From: Nanobdellota archaeon | Lineage (GTDB): Archaea > Nanobdellota > Nanobdellia > Parvarchaeales > Parvarchaeaceae | DNA: 48,281 nt | NCBI GenBank assembly: GCA_021811735.1 | Contig: JAJZNK010000015.1 | Location: 1 to 48,281, forward strand | Reading direction: 5' to 3' | Shown: one piece after another, positions 1-9,043 of the stretch | Position numbering within the stretch: the stretch's first letter is position 1 | How the letters are laid out: each line of letters opens with the position of its first letter | Notes under the pieces: model-generated | Seen by the model: the letters and a program-made list of their open reading frames with translations, nothing else | What the model was told of the DNA's origin: nothing | Databases searched by the model: none | Made by a program: the position numbers and the translations under genes

Positions 1-1
1 A

Positions 2-910
2 GCAATCTATGTCTCAAATACCGTAGGATACCCTGTAAACGTAACGGACATAAACGTAAGCGGAAACAACGGCGTCAATACAGTACAGAATGTAAATTCA
101 CTGCTTAGGGCAGGACAATCAGGAGTCTTTTACGTGAACGGAGCATGCAATGGTTCTACATCCTCTTATTCAGGGTCGGTAGCTATAAAATACACGGAGC
201 CAAGTCAGATACTTCCTGGGCCCTTTTTTTCCAATGGAAAGATTTCAAGCGTGATATCTTCTCATAATTCGAATTATGTAGCTAAATTCAATGGGTCTGG
301 GAATTACATAAGCATTCCATCTGGGGTGTACTTCAGTGGTAATGCCTTTACAATCACAGGGTGGGTTTACCTAAAGAATTATAATAAATGGGAAAGATTA
401 TTGGATTTTGGGAATGGGCATCCGTCGAACAATGTTTTGTTCGCGCTCAGTCAAGGCATATCTGGTCAACCATTACTTCAGTATTTTAATGGAAGTATCG
501 GAACGCCTGAATCTGGTAGTACACAGTTACCGTTAAATTCTTGGATATTCATAGTGGGTGTATATAATGGCAGTGGTCTTTTAATATATGAAAATACTGT
601 TTTTGCAGGTTACAATCCTACAAATGGTTTAACGCTACCAAGAATTGTAAGAACTTCAAATTATATAGGCAGGAGCAATTGGTATAGCCTCGGAGATCAA
701 GATTTTAATGGCTCTATGGCAAATATACAGATCTACTCAACATTACTATCAAAATTCGAAATACAAACCATGTATCAAGAAGGAATGGGAAATGTGCCAG
801 TATCAAATACAGGGCTTGTTAGTTGGTGGCCCTTGGATGGGAATGCCAATGACTACAGTGGAAATAACAATAATGGTATAGCAACTGGTATTCAATGGGC
901 GTCTCCTTAA
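2..910 (+). CDS. LamG/concanavalin-A-like lectin domain surface protein, 5'-truncated by the window edge
   Basis: The frame of the 134..910 ORF stays open back to nt 2 (AIYVSNTVGYPVNVTDINVSG...), so the GTG at 134 is probably not the start. LamG-like motifs: FTITGWVYL, WERLLDFGNG, GSMANIQIY. The C-terminal WWPLDGNANDYSGNNNNG is typical of the start of a further LamG repeat. Confidence 0.6.
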   Translation, partial: AIYVSNTVGYPVNVTDINVSGNNGVNTVQNVNSLLRAGQSGVFYVNGACNGSTSSYSGSVAIKYTEPSQILPGPFFSNGKISSVISSHNSNYVAKFNGSGNYISIPSGVYFSGNAFTITGWVYLKNYNKWERLLDFGNGHPSNNVLFALSQGISGQPLLQYFNGSIGTPESGSTQLPLNSWIFIVGVYNGSGLLIYENTVFAGYNPTNGLTLPRIVRTSNYIGRSNWYSLGDQDFNGSMANIQIYSTLLSKFEIQTMYQEGMGNVPVSNTGLVSWWPLDGNANDYSGNNNNGIATGIQWASP

Positions 911-953
911 TATTTCAAACTGTAAACGTCATATCTCATTTTCTTTAATTTGC

Positions 954-2054
954 TTATAATTTAACAGTTTTTAATTCTTTCACACTTTCTTCAATTACTT
1001 TTTCTAGGTTCATATCCTCTTCCAATTTTTCAACGAGTGACCGCTTCGATTTAGTCGCGGGGTTTTTTGAAACTATCGAACAGCAGTCCTTATAATCCAT
1101 TATGGATAAATTATAAAAACCATATTTTATTGATTTCTCAATTATTTCTCCCTTGTTATACCCTATAAATGGTCTGAACACCGGAATTTCTATTCCAAAA
1201 CTTATGGCATTAATATTTTCTATAGTTTGGGATGCAACCTGTGAAAGTGCGTCACCTGTCACAATTGCTTGATAACCTTTTTCGATGCTTATTTTTTCTG
1301 CTAGTTTTAGTAAAAATCGTTTGAACATTACCAGTTCATATCGTTTATCAATTTTAAGTGCAGATACACTGAAGTAATGAAATGGCACAAGGTGCAAATT
1401 TAATCCACTTTCTATACTACTTAATTTTTTAGCAATATCTCCAATTTTATCTTTTAGAGCATAGTCTGGTGAATTAAGAGCATAAACATGCAATAAGTCT
1501 GTCTTAGCACCTCTTTTCATCATTTCGACAGGAGATACCGTAGAATCAATACCCCCGGAAAAAAGCGAAAGAACTTTACCAGAACTACCGACTGGCAGTC
1601 CTCCAATGCATCTTTTAATGTTATAGTTTAATATGAAAGAATCCTTCATTATCTCAACTCTGATTTTTCTTTCTGTTTTATTAAATCGTATCCCAAGTGT
1701 TTTTGCTATGGTTTCCTTTAATTCCAATGAGGTTTTACTGTAACCTTTGTCTACTCTCTTTACATCTATATCTATTTCTTTGTTAGTTCCGAGTTCTTTT
1801 TCCAATACATCAAGCAATTTCTTTTCGTCTCTTTCTATCAAGTAAGCTTCGCTTACCCACGAAACACCGGGTGTAAGCTCCATAGCATTTATATTCTCAT
1901 TATTGTAATTCTCCAGTATTAATCTGGTTTCCATAGTCTTTACTTCACTTTTCACTTTTTGTTTTATATTTTTTATCAGGAGACTTTGGAAGTATCCTCT
2001 CTGTTTACCTTTAAGGGCTATTTCATCATAGTGTATTGACAGTATTTTTTTCAT
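954..2054 (-). CDS. thiI: tRNA 4-thiouridine synthase ThiI (THUMP domain plus PP-loop ATPase)
   Basis: PP-loop motif LFSGGIDSTVS; N-terminal THUMP-like region; 366 aa. The start overlaps the archease stop by 4 nt (translational coupling). Confidence 0.8.
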   Translation of the reverse strand: MKKILSIHYDEIALKGKQRGYFQSLLIKNIKQKVKSEVKTMETRLILENYNNENINAMELTPGVSWVSEAYLIERDEKKLLDVLEKELGTNKEIDIDVKRVDKGYSKTSLELKETIAKTLGIRFNKTERKIRVEIMKDSFILNYNIKRCIGGLPVGSSGKVLSLFSGGIDSTVSPVEMMKRGAKTDLLHVYALNSPDYALKDKIGDIAKKLSSIESGLNLHLVPFHYFSVSALKIDKRYELVMFKRFLLKLAEKISIEKGYQAIVTGDALSQVASQTIENINAISFGIEIPVFRPFIGYNKGEIIEKSIKYGFYNLSIMDYKDCCSIVSKNPATKSKRSLVEKLEEDMNLEKVIEESVKELKTVKL

Positions 2055-2458
2055 ATATCCAAAACTACCTTACATTTAATTAATCCTTTTTGTTTTTTTA
2101 TCTGTAGGTCGTGGAGCGTTGCCGCCTTTATGTCAACTATAAAGCGGTCCTTAAGGTTTTCCAGTTTTTCCGCATTTGCATTACATGAAAGTGTGAACCC
2201 TTTCTTTATACCAATTCTTGAGTCAGTTATTATGACTTTTTTATAATCTTTGTACATGATTATTTTGTTAATAAAATCTATTAACAGATACTCTAAGTTA
2301 GGATTCTTTACTGTAAATTTTAATTTTACGTTACCGCCCTTTTTTACATTTAGTATCATTATATTTGAAAGTGCCATCGCGACATTTTCAAATAATTCAT
2401 TAAGGGTTTTACCATACGCTAAAAATGCAATGTCTGCCGTAGCCTCATTTTTTAAAAG
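2051..2458 (-). CDS. Archease (RtcB activator); start codon unresolved
   Basis: The C-terminus DIKAATLHDLQIKK...VVLDI matches the archease VKAITYHxxxI...DI signature. The same frame upstream of the ATG at 2377 encodes NEATADIAFLAYGKTLNELFENVA, the conserved HTADIxxxAYGxTLEExFExAA N-terminal motif. That frame opens after a TGA at 2459-2461 and has no ATG/GTG/TTG before 2377. The gene lies immediately downstream of rtcB. Confidence 0.8.
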   Translation of the reverse strand, partial: LLKNEATADIAFLAYGKTLNELFENVAMALSNIMILNVKKGGNVKLKFTVKNPNLEYLLIDFINKIIMYKDYKKVIITDSRIGIKKGFTLSCNANAEKLENLKDRFIVDIKAATLHDLQIKKQKGLIKCKVVLDI

Positions 2459-3942
2459 TCAGTATTTTTCCATGATCCTTTTATGTTTCCTATAGGCTTA
2501 AAACTTAGGACTTTTAGGCTAATCCCTGCCGCGTCCATTGAGTTTACTACCTCATTTATGTCTTTGTATGCTGAACCATTTTCCTCTGTCAGACCTGCGG
2601 TGCTGTTAGCTTTTATATATATGCCATTTTTGTTCATTCTGTTTATCAAAGTGTCTGCATCTATTTGTTTCCTTGCGGCAACTCTACTCATTGTTCTGCC
2701 ACTACCATGCAAAGTAGTACCAAAGGTCTCTTCTTCGGCTTTTTTTGTTCCAACACATAGATAAGAACCAGTTTCCATACTTCCTCCGACGATAACTGGT
2801 TGTCCAGTAGATTTAAGTACACCAGATAACTCTTTATTACCAGGACCAAAACTCCTTGTTGCACCTTTTCTGTGAACTATCACTTTCTTTTTTTGGCCAA
2901 GTATATTATATTCCTCAACTTTTGCGGTGTTATGTGCTACATCATATACGATCTCCAATCCAAGATCATTTTCACTTTTTTTAAACACTTGTTTAAAGGC
3001 TTTTCTTATTTGGTAGGTTATCAACTGTCTGTTTACAAATGCGAAGTTTATCCCGCATGCCATGGCTTTTAAATAATTTTGTCCTTCTTCTGAATTGAAA
3101 GGGGCATACGCAAGTTGTTTATCTTTTAATATAATATTATTATTACTCGAATACTCTAGAAACTTGCGTATGTAATCACTTGCGATTTGATGACCAAATC
3201 CTCTAGAACCAGTGTGAAACATTATAACTACTTGATTTTTTATGACATCTAAATCTAAGTTATTCGCAATTTTTCTGTTAAAATCTTTATTTATAACTTG
3301 TATCTCAAGATAATGGTTTCCAGATCCCAATGTTCCAAGTTGTTCTTTTCCTCTTTTAAAGGCATCGTTACTTATCTTTGAAAAGTCTGCGTGATTTGAC
3401 ACCCCTCCTTCTTCTATTCTTTTCGAATCAGCTTTTGTAGCATATCCTTTTTTTATGGACCAATTTATACCTTCCTCCGCGATTTCTTTTAATTCTGAGC
3501 GGTTGACAGATTTTAGTTCGGGTAAAGTGGCAGGTGAACTTGAACCAACTCCAGCAGGAACCATTTTAAACAGAGTATCAACTAGCTCTTTTATTTTGGG
3601 TTTTATTTCTTCTAAACTAAGATTAGTTCTTATTAAACGCATCCCGCAGTTTATATCAAAGCCAACTACTCCTGGAGATATTATTCCACTCTCTAAATCA
3701 AATGCTCCTGCCCATCCAACTGGGACACCATAACCTATATGTGCATCGCTAAAAAGGTAAGAATACTTTAGTATACCAGGTAATGAGGTAGCATTTGCCG
3801 CTTGTTCAAGCACACCATCCTCAAGTTTTTTCATGATGTTATTATTTGCATAGATTCTTATAGGAACATTATCAATTCTTTCCGATTCCCAAGTGTTTTT
3901 TTTAATTTCTTTTATGGTTTTTTTAATCTGTTGAACTTCCAT
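2452..3942 (-). CDS. rtcB: RNA-splicing ligase RtcB (3'-phosphate/5'-hydroxyl tRNA ligase)
   Basis: RtcB motifs GFDINCGMR, GSGNHYLEIQ, HTGSRGFGHQ and HGSGR; 496 aa; no intein-sized insertion. Confidence 0.92.
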   Translation of the reverse strand: MEVQQIKKTIKEIKKNTWESERIDNVPIRIYANNNIMKKLEDGVLEQAANATSLPGILKYSYLFSDAHIGYGVPVGWAGAFDLESGIISPGVVGFDINCGMRLIRTNLSLEEIKPKIKELVDTLFKMVPAGVGSSSPATLPELKSVNRSELKEIAEEGINWSIKKGYATKADSKRIEEGGVSNHADFSKISNDAFKRGKEQLGTLGSGNHYLEIQVINKDFNRKIANNLDLDVIKNQVVIMFHTGSRGFGHQIASDYIRKFLEYSSNNNIILKDKQLAYAPFNSEEGQNYLKAMACGINFAFVNRQLITYQIRKAFKQVFKKSENDLGLEIVYDVAHNTAKVEEYNILGQKKKVIVHRKGATRSFGPGNKELSGVLKSTGQPVIVGGSMETGSYLCVGTKKAEEETFGTTLHGSGRTMSRVAARKQIDADTLINRMNKNGIYIKANSTAGLTEENGSAYKDINEVVNSMDAAGISLKVLSFKPIGNIKGSWKNTDF

Positions 3943-4022
3943 CTTTTTTTATGGTTTTATGCAATTATATCTGTTTATAGGCTAGAATGCACTTGAGAAT
4001 GTTATTGTTATAAGTTTTGATA

Positions 4023-4787
4023 TCAACCATTACTCATATTATTATACCCTTTTAGAATGTGTAAATTATCTTTTCTTTCAGGCATTTTATTTATTTTGAT
4101 TAATATTTCTTCTTTGCTCATTTTTTTGCTGCATAATATTATTGTATTCCCAGATCCCATTGGATTATTTACTAAGTAAACTTTGAAATGTTTTTTAAGT
4201 TTATTGATATAATTTTGAAGAAATACTATAGCTTTAAAACTCATTGCGTAGTTTATAGCCAATATCCCGTCATCTGATAATGACTTGTCAATGTATTCAA
4301 TAGCTTTTTCATTTAGAAAGTCATCAGGTATTTTATCTCCATCATATGCATCCAAAAAAACAAGTTGATATATTTTTTTATTTTTCTTTAGGAATTCTAT
4401 GCCGTCTTCAATAAAAAGAGCTATAGTTTTTATATCTTTAGGAATAAAATCTTTTGCTAACTTAACCATTTTATCGTCTATTTCCACAACGTCCATTCTA
4501 GTTTTTTGTCTATATAGTTTGTTTATCTGATAAACAATAGTTCCTCCACCAAGTCCTATCATTAGTATGTCCGGTTTGTCGTAAATTAACGGGAGAGGGG
4601 TGAAATAATCCCAATAAGAGCCGGTGAAAATAGCATTATGGGCTCGTCTAGAGTAGGTTATACCGTTAAATTTCACGCTTGTTCCTTCTGGTCCATCAGT
4701 GAGGGTAAGAATTTTTTTATTATCGGTTTCAGTTTTTATTATCCTTTCTCCTTTTATTTTTTCTATTATTTTACTTATTACGCCCAT
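4023..4787 (-). CDS. Spermidine-synthase-like class I SAM-dependent transferase
   Basis: Motifs ILMIGLGGGT (motif I), VVEID and LVFLDAYDGD resemble spermine/spermidine synthase family proteins. Overlaps the upstream MMPL gene by 17 nt. Confidence 0.55.
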   Translation of the reverse strand: MGVISKIIEKIKGERIIKTETDNKKILTLTDGPEGTSVKFNGITYSRRAHNAIFTGSYWDYFTPLPLIYDKPDILMIGLGGGTIVYQINKLYRQKTRMDVVEIDDKMVKLAKDFIPKDIKTIALFIEDGIEFLKKNKKIYQLVFLDAYDGDKIPDDFLNEKAIEYIDKSLSDDGILAINYAMSFKAIVFLQNYINKLKKHFKVYLVNNPMGSGNTIILCSKKMSKEEILIKINKMPERKDNLHILKGYNNMSNG

Positions 4788-7047
4788 ATGTCTTTAAACC
4801 TGGCCACCAATTATACTTTTGGAGTATAAACATTATAGAGGGAACTATAAACAATACAGATAATGTTGAGTCAATAAGTATCCCCATTGATACTATGAAT
4901 CCAACTTCTGCTATCAGTGGAATACCGCTTGCAACAAGTGATAAGAAAACTACTGAAAAAATTATCCCGATACTTGCCACTACTGGTCCACTTTTAATTA
5001 GACCAAGTTTAATCGATTCATAGTTAGTTTTTCCCGCTTTTACGTATTCCCGTATTCGCATTACCAAAAATATATCATAATCAACCCCGACTCCCATTAT
5101 ACTAGTTATAAGAAATACTTGTGCTATAGATATGAATGGTAATGAAAATATATAGTGGAATATAAAAAGAGTTATTCCGTTCGCGGCAATTACATTTGCG
5201 ATTATAAGAAGTACTAATCTCAAAGGTGTATACAATGAAAATAGGATTATAAAAAGAACAATGAATATCATTGACCCAAGTGAAAATATAAGTAACGGAA
5301 CATCTGAATTCATAGTGCTGGCGGAGCTTTCAAGGAATACTTGTAGACCGCTAGCGTTGTATTTTACTCCACTACTTTGCAGATAATTGTTTATCTCTTG
5401 ATAATCATTTAAAGCAGGGGTACTGAACCCTAATGGTTTAAGGTAGGCAGTTATTTCAAATGATTTGTTATTATTGGACATCTGCGTATATCCTACTCCC
5501 TTTATTGATTTTATATCGTTATACACTTTTGTAAAGTTTACATTTTGGTGGTTATTTAGGGTGATTATGATAGGGTCTAGTGGATCGAATCTAAAATTAT
5601 TGGTGGCAACATAAAATGCTGTTTTTGATTGTGAACTCGGCAAAAGTCCTAGGAAATTAATGCCTGGATGGTAATATACAAAAAAGTAAGCCGCTATGGC
5701 TATAAGAATAACAAAAATTGAAATTATAACATACCTGTGTTTATAATTTAATTCTCCAAGTTTTTTGAATCCATTTTCAAATAGAAATTCCGAATCAAGG
5801 TTTGGGTAAAAGATTTTTTCTCCAAGAAAAATAAGTATTGATGGCATGAATGTTACTGCAGAGATAAGGACGATCAGGACTCCTATAGAATCTAGAATTC
5901 CAGTAGAACCTAGAAACGCAAGGTTAAATCCTGAAAGAATAGCATATGCGAGGATAACTGTAGTTCCACTGACAAGTATGGCCGCACCAGCGCCCCCTAT
6001 ACTTATTTTTACGCTTTCTCTATGATCCGTTTTAAGTTCTTGTTTGAATCTATACATCATATAAACAAGGTAATCTGTTGAGATACCTAACATAAGTATA
6101 GCCACAAGTGCTGGGTCAAAAAATGAGATAGTACTCTTCAGTATTACATGATAAATTAGGTAGAAGACTGAGAATGCTATTGTTAGGTCCACTGCGTATA
6201 TCATAAGTGGAATTATGGCTGCAATTGGTGATTTGAAAAGGATTCCTGTTATTATTATAACTAGTAATATACCCATCCCTATCGCTATAAGCGTACCAAA
6301 ATTAGTTTCGTTTTCTATGTTTCGGCTTAATCCTGTGGATCCAGTTACATATGAATTCAAGCCATATGCTTTAGATATCTTATTTACATATGAATTTACG
6401 AACGAGTAGTTTGAATTATTAATTATGGATATTATCGTAGTACCGTTATAGTTTATTAGAGTAGCTGTTTTGTTTCCAGTAGGTATCAAAGGATAATCAG
6501 TAAAATTATAGTTATTTATTATGTAGTCCGGAGTAGCATTTTTGTATCCTTTTATTATACCGATAGTAAAATTGTATGCTGTAATCCTAGTGCTAATTTC
6601 TGAGTTATTTAAACTTGTATAAATCTTGTTGGCTACTTGTTTTATGATAGTGTCGTTCAGTGACGGTGGAACAGTTTCGTAAGTAAAATTATATTTATTA
6701 TAAGTCTGGTTTAATGCGATTTTTGCGCTAGCCTGTATACTGTAATAAGAAGAATTAATTATAGCGTACTCTATGGAGTATACTGACGTTATGTTTTTGT
6801 AGCTGAAATTATTTGATATGTTCTCAATAAATTGCTTAGCATCACTAGAAAAGGGAACCTTACTTACTGTGACAACAATTTGCGGCAAATTAGTCTTTTC
6901 TGCGCTTCCAGTTACATTATAAGAAACTGTACTAAATAAGTGTGCCGCAAAAGGTACTGAAACTAAGAAAAAGATTATCCATATAACTATTATTTTTTTG
7001 TGATGTCTATCTACTAGGTTACCGAACCTTCTTAAGTTGATTTCCAT
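4771..7047 (-). CDS. MMPL/RND-superfamily membrane transporter (two TM bundles, each preceded by a large extracytoplasmic loop)
   Basis: 758 aa. Architecture is N-terminal TM, long N-x-S/T-rich loop, TM cluster (LSTDYLVYMMYRFKQEL), second loop, second TM cluster (GVGVDYDIFLVMRIREY). The repeated GxxxDYxxF/Y motif after each bundle is typical of MMPL/SSD-type exporters. Confidence 0.7.
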   Translation of the reverse strand: MEINLRRFGNLVDRHHKKIIVIWIIFFLVSVPFAAHLFSTVSYNVTGSAEKTNLPQIVVTVSKVPFSSDAKQFIENISNNFSYKNITSVYSIEYAIINSSYYSIQASAKIALNQTYNKYNFTYETVPPSLNDTIIKQVANKIYTSLNNSEISTRITAYNFTIGIIKGYKNATPDYIINNYNFTDYPLIPTGNKTATLINYNGTTIISIINNSNYSFVNSYVNKISKAYGLNSYVTGSTGLSRNIENETNFGTLIAIGMGILLVIIITGILFKSPIAAIIPLMIYAVDLTIAFSVFYLIYHVILKSTISFFDPALVAILMLGISTDYLVYMMYRFKQELKTDHRESVKISIGGAGAAILVSGTTVILAYAILSGFNLAFLGSTGILDSIGVLIVLISAVTFMPSILIFLGEKIFYPNLDSEFLFENGFKKLGELNYKHRYVIISIFVILIAIAAYFFVYYHPGINFLGLLPSSQSKTAFYVATNNFRFDPLDPIIITLNNHQNVNFTKVYNDIKSIKGVGYTQMSNNNKSFEITAYLKPLGFSTPALNDYQEINNYLQSSGVKYNASGLQVFLESSASTMNSDVPLLIFSLGSMIFIVLFIILFSLYTPLRLVLLIIANVIAANGITLFIFHYIFSLPFISIAQVFLITSIMGVGVDYDIFLVMRIREYVKAGKTNYESIKLGLIKSGPVVASIGIIFSVVFLSLVASGIPLIAEVGFIVSMGILIDSTLSVLFIVPSIMFILQKYNWWPGLKTYGRNK

Positions 7048-7058
7048 CAGGTCTAGCG

Positions 7059-7439
7059 TTAATCAATTTTTTTCAAGGTTACTTGCCCGTCTTGACCTGG
7101 CCTATTTATTACTATGCCCTTTCCTTTGTCTGTTTCTAATATTGCGCCTTTTGTTATAATATTACGTCTTGCATAAGATCTATTTGCCTTGTTTTCGAGC
7201 ACCCTTGTTATCTTTACAGTTAAAAATTTCTTTTCTTTTGTATCGAAAAAGTTTCCTTTATCTGTCCTTAACTGTATAATTTTGGTATTGCCCCCAAGTG
7301 TTCTAGTGGTTTTTATCCTATTATCACCGACTTGAAGAAGTACCGATAAATCCTTGGATTCGCTTCTTCTTTTATCTCTCCTTTTACCCTTGAAACCGCC
7401 TCCTCTTTTCTTTAAGGTTGGTGTAGTACTTTTAGACAT
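7059..7439 (-). CDS. rps8e: 30S ribosomal protein S8e
   Basis: Basic N-terminus (KKRGGGFKGKRRDKRR) and a C-terminal ITKGAILETDKGKGIVINRPGQDGQV, matching the S8e signature ITKGAIIET..G.A.VTSRPGQDG. Confidence 0.85.
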   Translation of the reverse strand: MSKSTTPTLKKRGGGFKGKRRDKRRSESKDLSVLLQVGDNRIKTTRTLGGNTKIIQLRTDKGNFFDTKEKKFLTVKITRVLENKANRSYARRNIITKGAILETDKGKGIVINRPGQDGQVTLKKID

Positions 7440-7479
7440 ATTCTTATTGTATTAAATGTGTTATATTTAAATGTTTTTG

Positions 7480-8142
7480 TTATGATTCTATTGAGTTTAA
7501 AATCGTCACAGGTATTCTGTTTTCTACCAGTTTTTTGAATTCTTTCGCGTTTTCCTCTGTTCCAATTCCAGAGTCATAATGCATGGGTACGGCAATTTTA
7601 GGTTTTATTAGCATAGTAGCATCGGCTGCTTCTTTTGCATCCATTACATATATTCCGCTAACGGGTAACAATGCTATATCTGTTTTGTAATCTTTTATTT
7701 CAGGTATATTATCAGTGTCTCCAGCCAGATAGACTCTGGTGTCACCGATTATAAATATATACCCTACATTTCCTTTTTCTTTTGGATGAAATACTTTTCC
7801 ACCGTCTGAGAATTTAGTCAGATTGTACGATGGAACAGTCTTTATAGTAACATCATTTATTATTTTTACCTGGTTTGGAGCTACAAACACTTTTTTATTG
7901 TTAAACTTCATTAATGGCTTTTCACAATCCTCTGGTGCAACAATAATTGTGTTGCCATTTATCAATTTTTTTATACTTTCTTGGTCCAAGTGGTCATAAT
8001 GATCATGGGTTATAAGTATGATATCCGCATCATTATAATTGTTTTTAACTTTATATGGGTCGGTATATACAGTTACTTTATTATTGCTTACTCTAAAACA
8101 AGAATGGTGCAGCCATTCTAGTTTTATTCCCTCAAAATCCAT
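7480..8142 (-). CDS. Metallo-beta-lactamase-fold hydrolase (UPF0173-like)
   Basis: The HxHxDH motif appears as ITHDHYDHL; N-terminal IKLEWLHHSCFRV; 220 aa. Confidence 0.7.
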   Translation of the reverse strand: MDFEGIKLEWLHHSCFRVSNNKVTVYTDPYKVKNNYNDADIILITHDHYDHLDQESIKKLINGNTIIVAPEDCEKPLMKFNNKKVFVAPNQVKIINDVTIKTVPSYNLTKFSDGGKVFHPKEKGNVGYIFIIGDTRVYLAGDTDNIPEIKDYKTDIALLPVSGIYVMDAKEAADATMLIKPKIAVPMHYDSGIGTEENAKEFKKLVENRIPVTILNSIES

Positions 8143-8221
8143 AAAAATATATGATTTACTCCAATAAATAATTCTTTCGTCGGACCATTAAACTTTTATA
8201 CTGAAATAATTTAATGATTAA

Positions 8222-8743
8222 ATGATATTGGGTGATAAGGACATACATGAATATTTGAATGGAAAAAAGCTAACAGTTGACCCGCTCTCTAAAGATACCG
8301 TAAGGGAGAACGGAATTGATTTAAGAGTTGGCGACGAAATAATGCGGTTTGTTTACAATAAGGACCCTGTTGATATAAATGATAAGTCCCTGCTCGAAAA
8401 AGTGTATACTAAGGAAAACGTAGAGGATAGCTTTGTTATTTTTCCGCAAGAGAGAATATTGATAAAAATAAAAGAAAAAATAAAAGTTCCTAATAACTTG
8501 GTCGGCATGTGTAATATAAGATCTACCTTCGCAAGATTAGGGCTAGCCATACCACCTACAATAGTAGATGCAGGTTATGAAGGAAATCTGACTATAATGA
8601 TGATAGGCGGAAATGTTCCTGTAAAAATTTCAAAAGAAACCAGATTTCTTCACCTGGTTTTTAGTACTACTGTGAGTGAGGTTCAAAAACCGTATTCAGG
8701 TAATTATAACAATAGTTCTGGCGTGACCGGGGCCAAGATATAA
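8222..8743 (+). CDS. dcd: dCTP deaminase/dUTPase-family protein
   Basis: The N-terminus MILGDKDIHEYL... resembles the MILSDRDI start of the dCTP deaminase family. GIDLRVGDE and AGYEGNLT motifs are present. At 173 aa I cannot separate dCTP deaminase from archaeal dUTPase by eye. Confidence 0.7.
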   Translation: MILGDKDIHEYLNGKKLTVDPLSKDTVRENGIDLRVGDEIMRFVYNKDPVDINDKSLLEKVYTKENVEDSFVIFPQERILIKIKEKIKVPNNLVGMCNIRSTFARLGLAIPPTIVDAGYEGNLTIMMIGGNVPVKISKETRFLHLVFSTTVSEVQKPYSGNYNNSSGVTGAKI

Positions 8744-8767
8744 ATGAGGTGAAAACTTAATTAATGT

Positions 8768-8884
8768 ATGAAAAGAAGTTCAAAGAATTGGAAAAAATAC
8801 CACAAAGACAGGTGGAAAACGAGAAAGAAAAAGATGCTTGATAGAAAGAGGAAAAGAAGGCTTCTTAGGGAGAAGAGCGCTTAG
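8768..8884 (+). CDS. rpl41e: Small, very basic protein resembling archaeal ribosomal protein L41e (absent from the ORF track)
   Basis: Hand translation gives MKRSSKNWKKYHKDRWKTRKKKMLDRKRKRRLLREKSA* (38 aa). The KRSS..WKK...RWK..KK...KRKRR pattern resembles archaeal eL41 as I recall it. A GAGGTGA Shine-Dalgarno-like sequence lies at 8747-8753. Confidence 0.55.
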   Translation: MKRSSKNWKKYHKDRWKTRKKKMLDRKRKRRLLREKSA

Positions 8885-8917
8885 ATATAAATAATCTGCT
8901 GTTAACTATTATTTTGA

Positions 8918-9038
8918 GCAGAGGTAGCGAAGTCTGGCCCAACGTGCAGGACTTAAGGTCCTAGTCTGTCTTTGTAAAGCAAAGAATAAGATATCCTGCG
9001 GCTTAGCGCCCTCGTGGGTTCAAATCCCACCCTCTGCA
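8918..9038 (+). tRNA. tRNA-Leu(UAA) with a 35-nt intron at the canonical 37/38 position (intron 8958..8992)
   Basis: Acceptor GCAGAGG/CCTCTGC with A73. D arm GCG...CGT. Anticodon stem CAGGA/TCCTG is perfect only once 8958-8992 is removed; the loop is then CT-TAA-GA. Long variable arm (CGGCTTAGCGCCCTC). T arm GTGGG-TTCAAAT-CCCAC. The mature length is 86 nt. Confidence 0.85.
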
Positions 9039-9043
9039 TCCTT

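Noticed and set aside
9014-9043. GTG start of ORF 9014..9337
   Set aside because: It lies inside the T arm and acceptor stem of tRNA-Leu(UAA). The first ATG beyond the tRNA (9044) is the plausible start.
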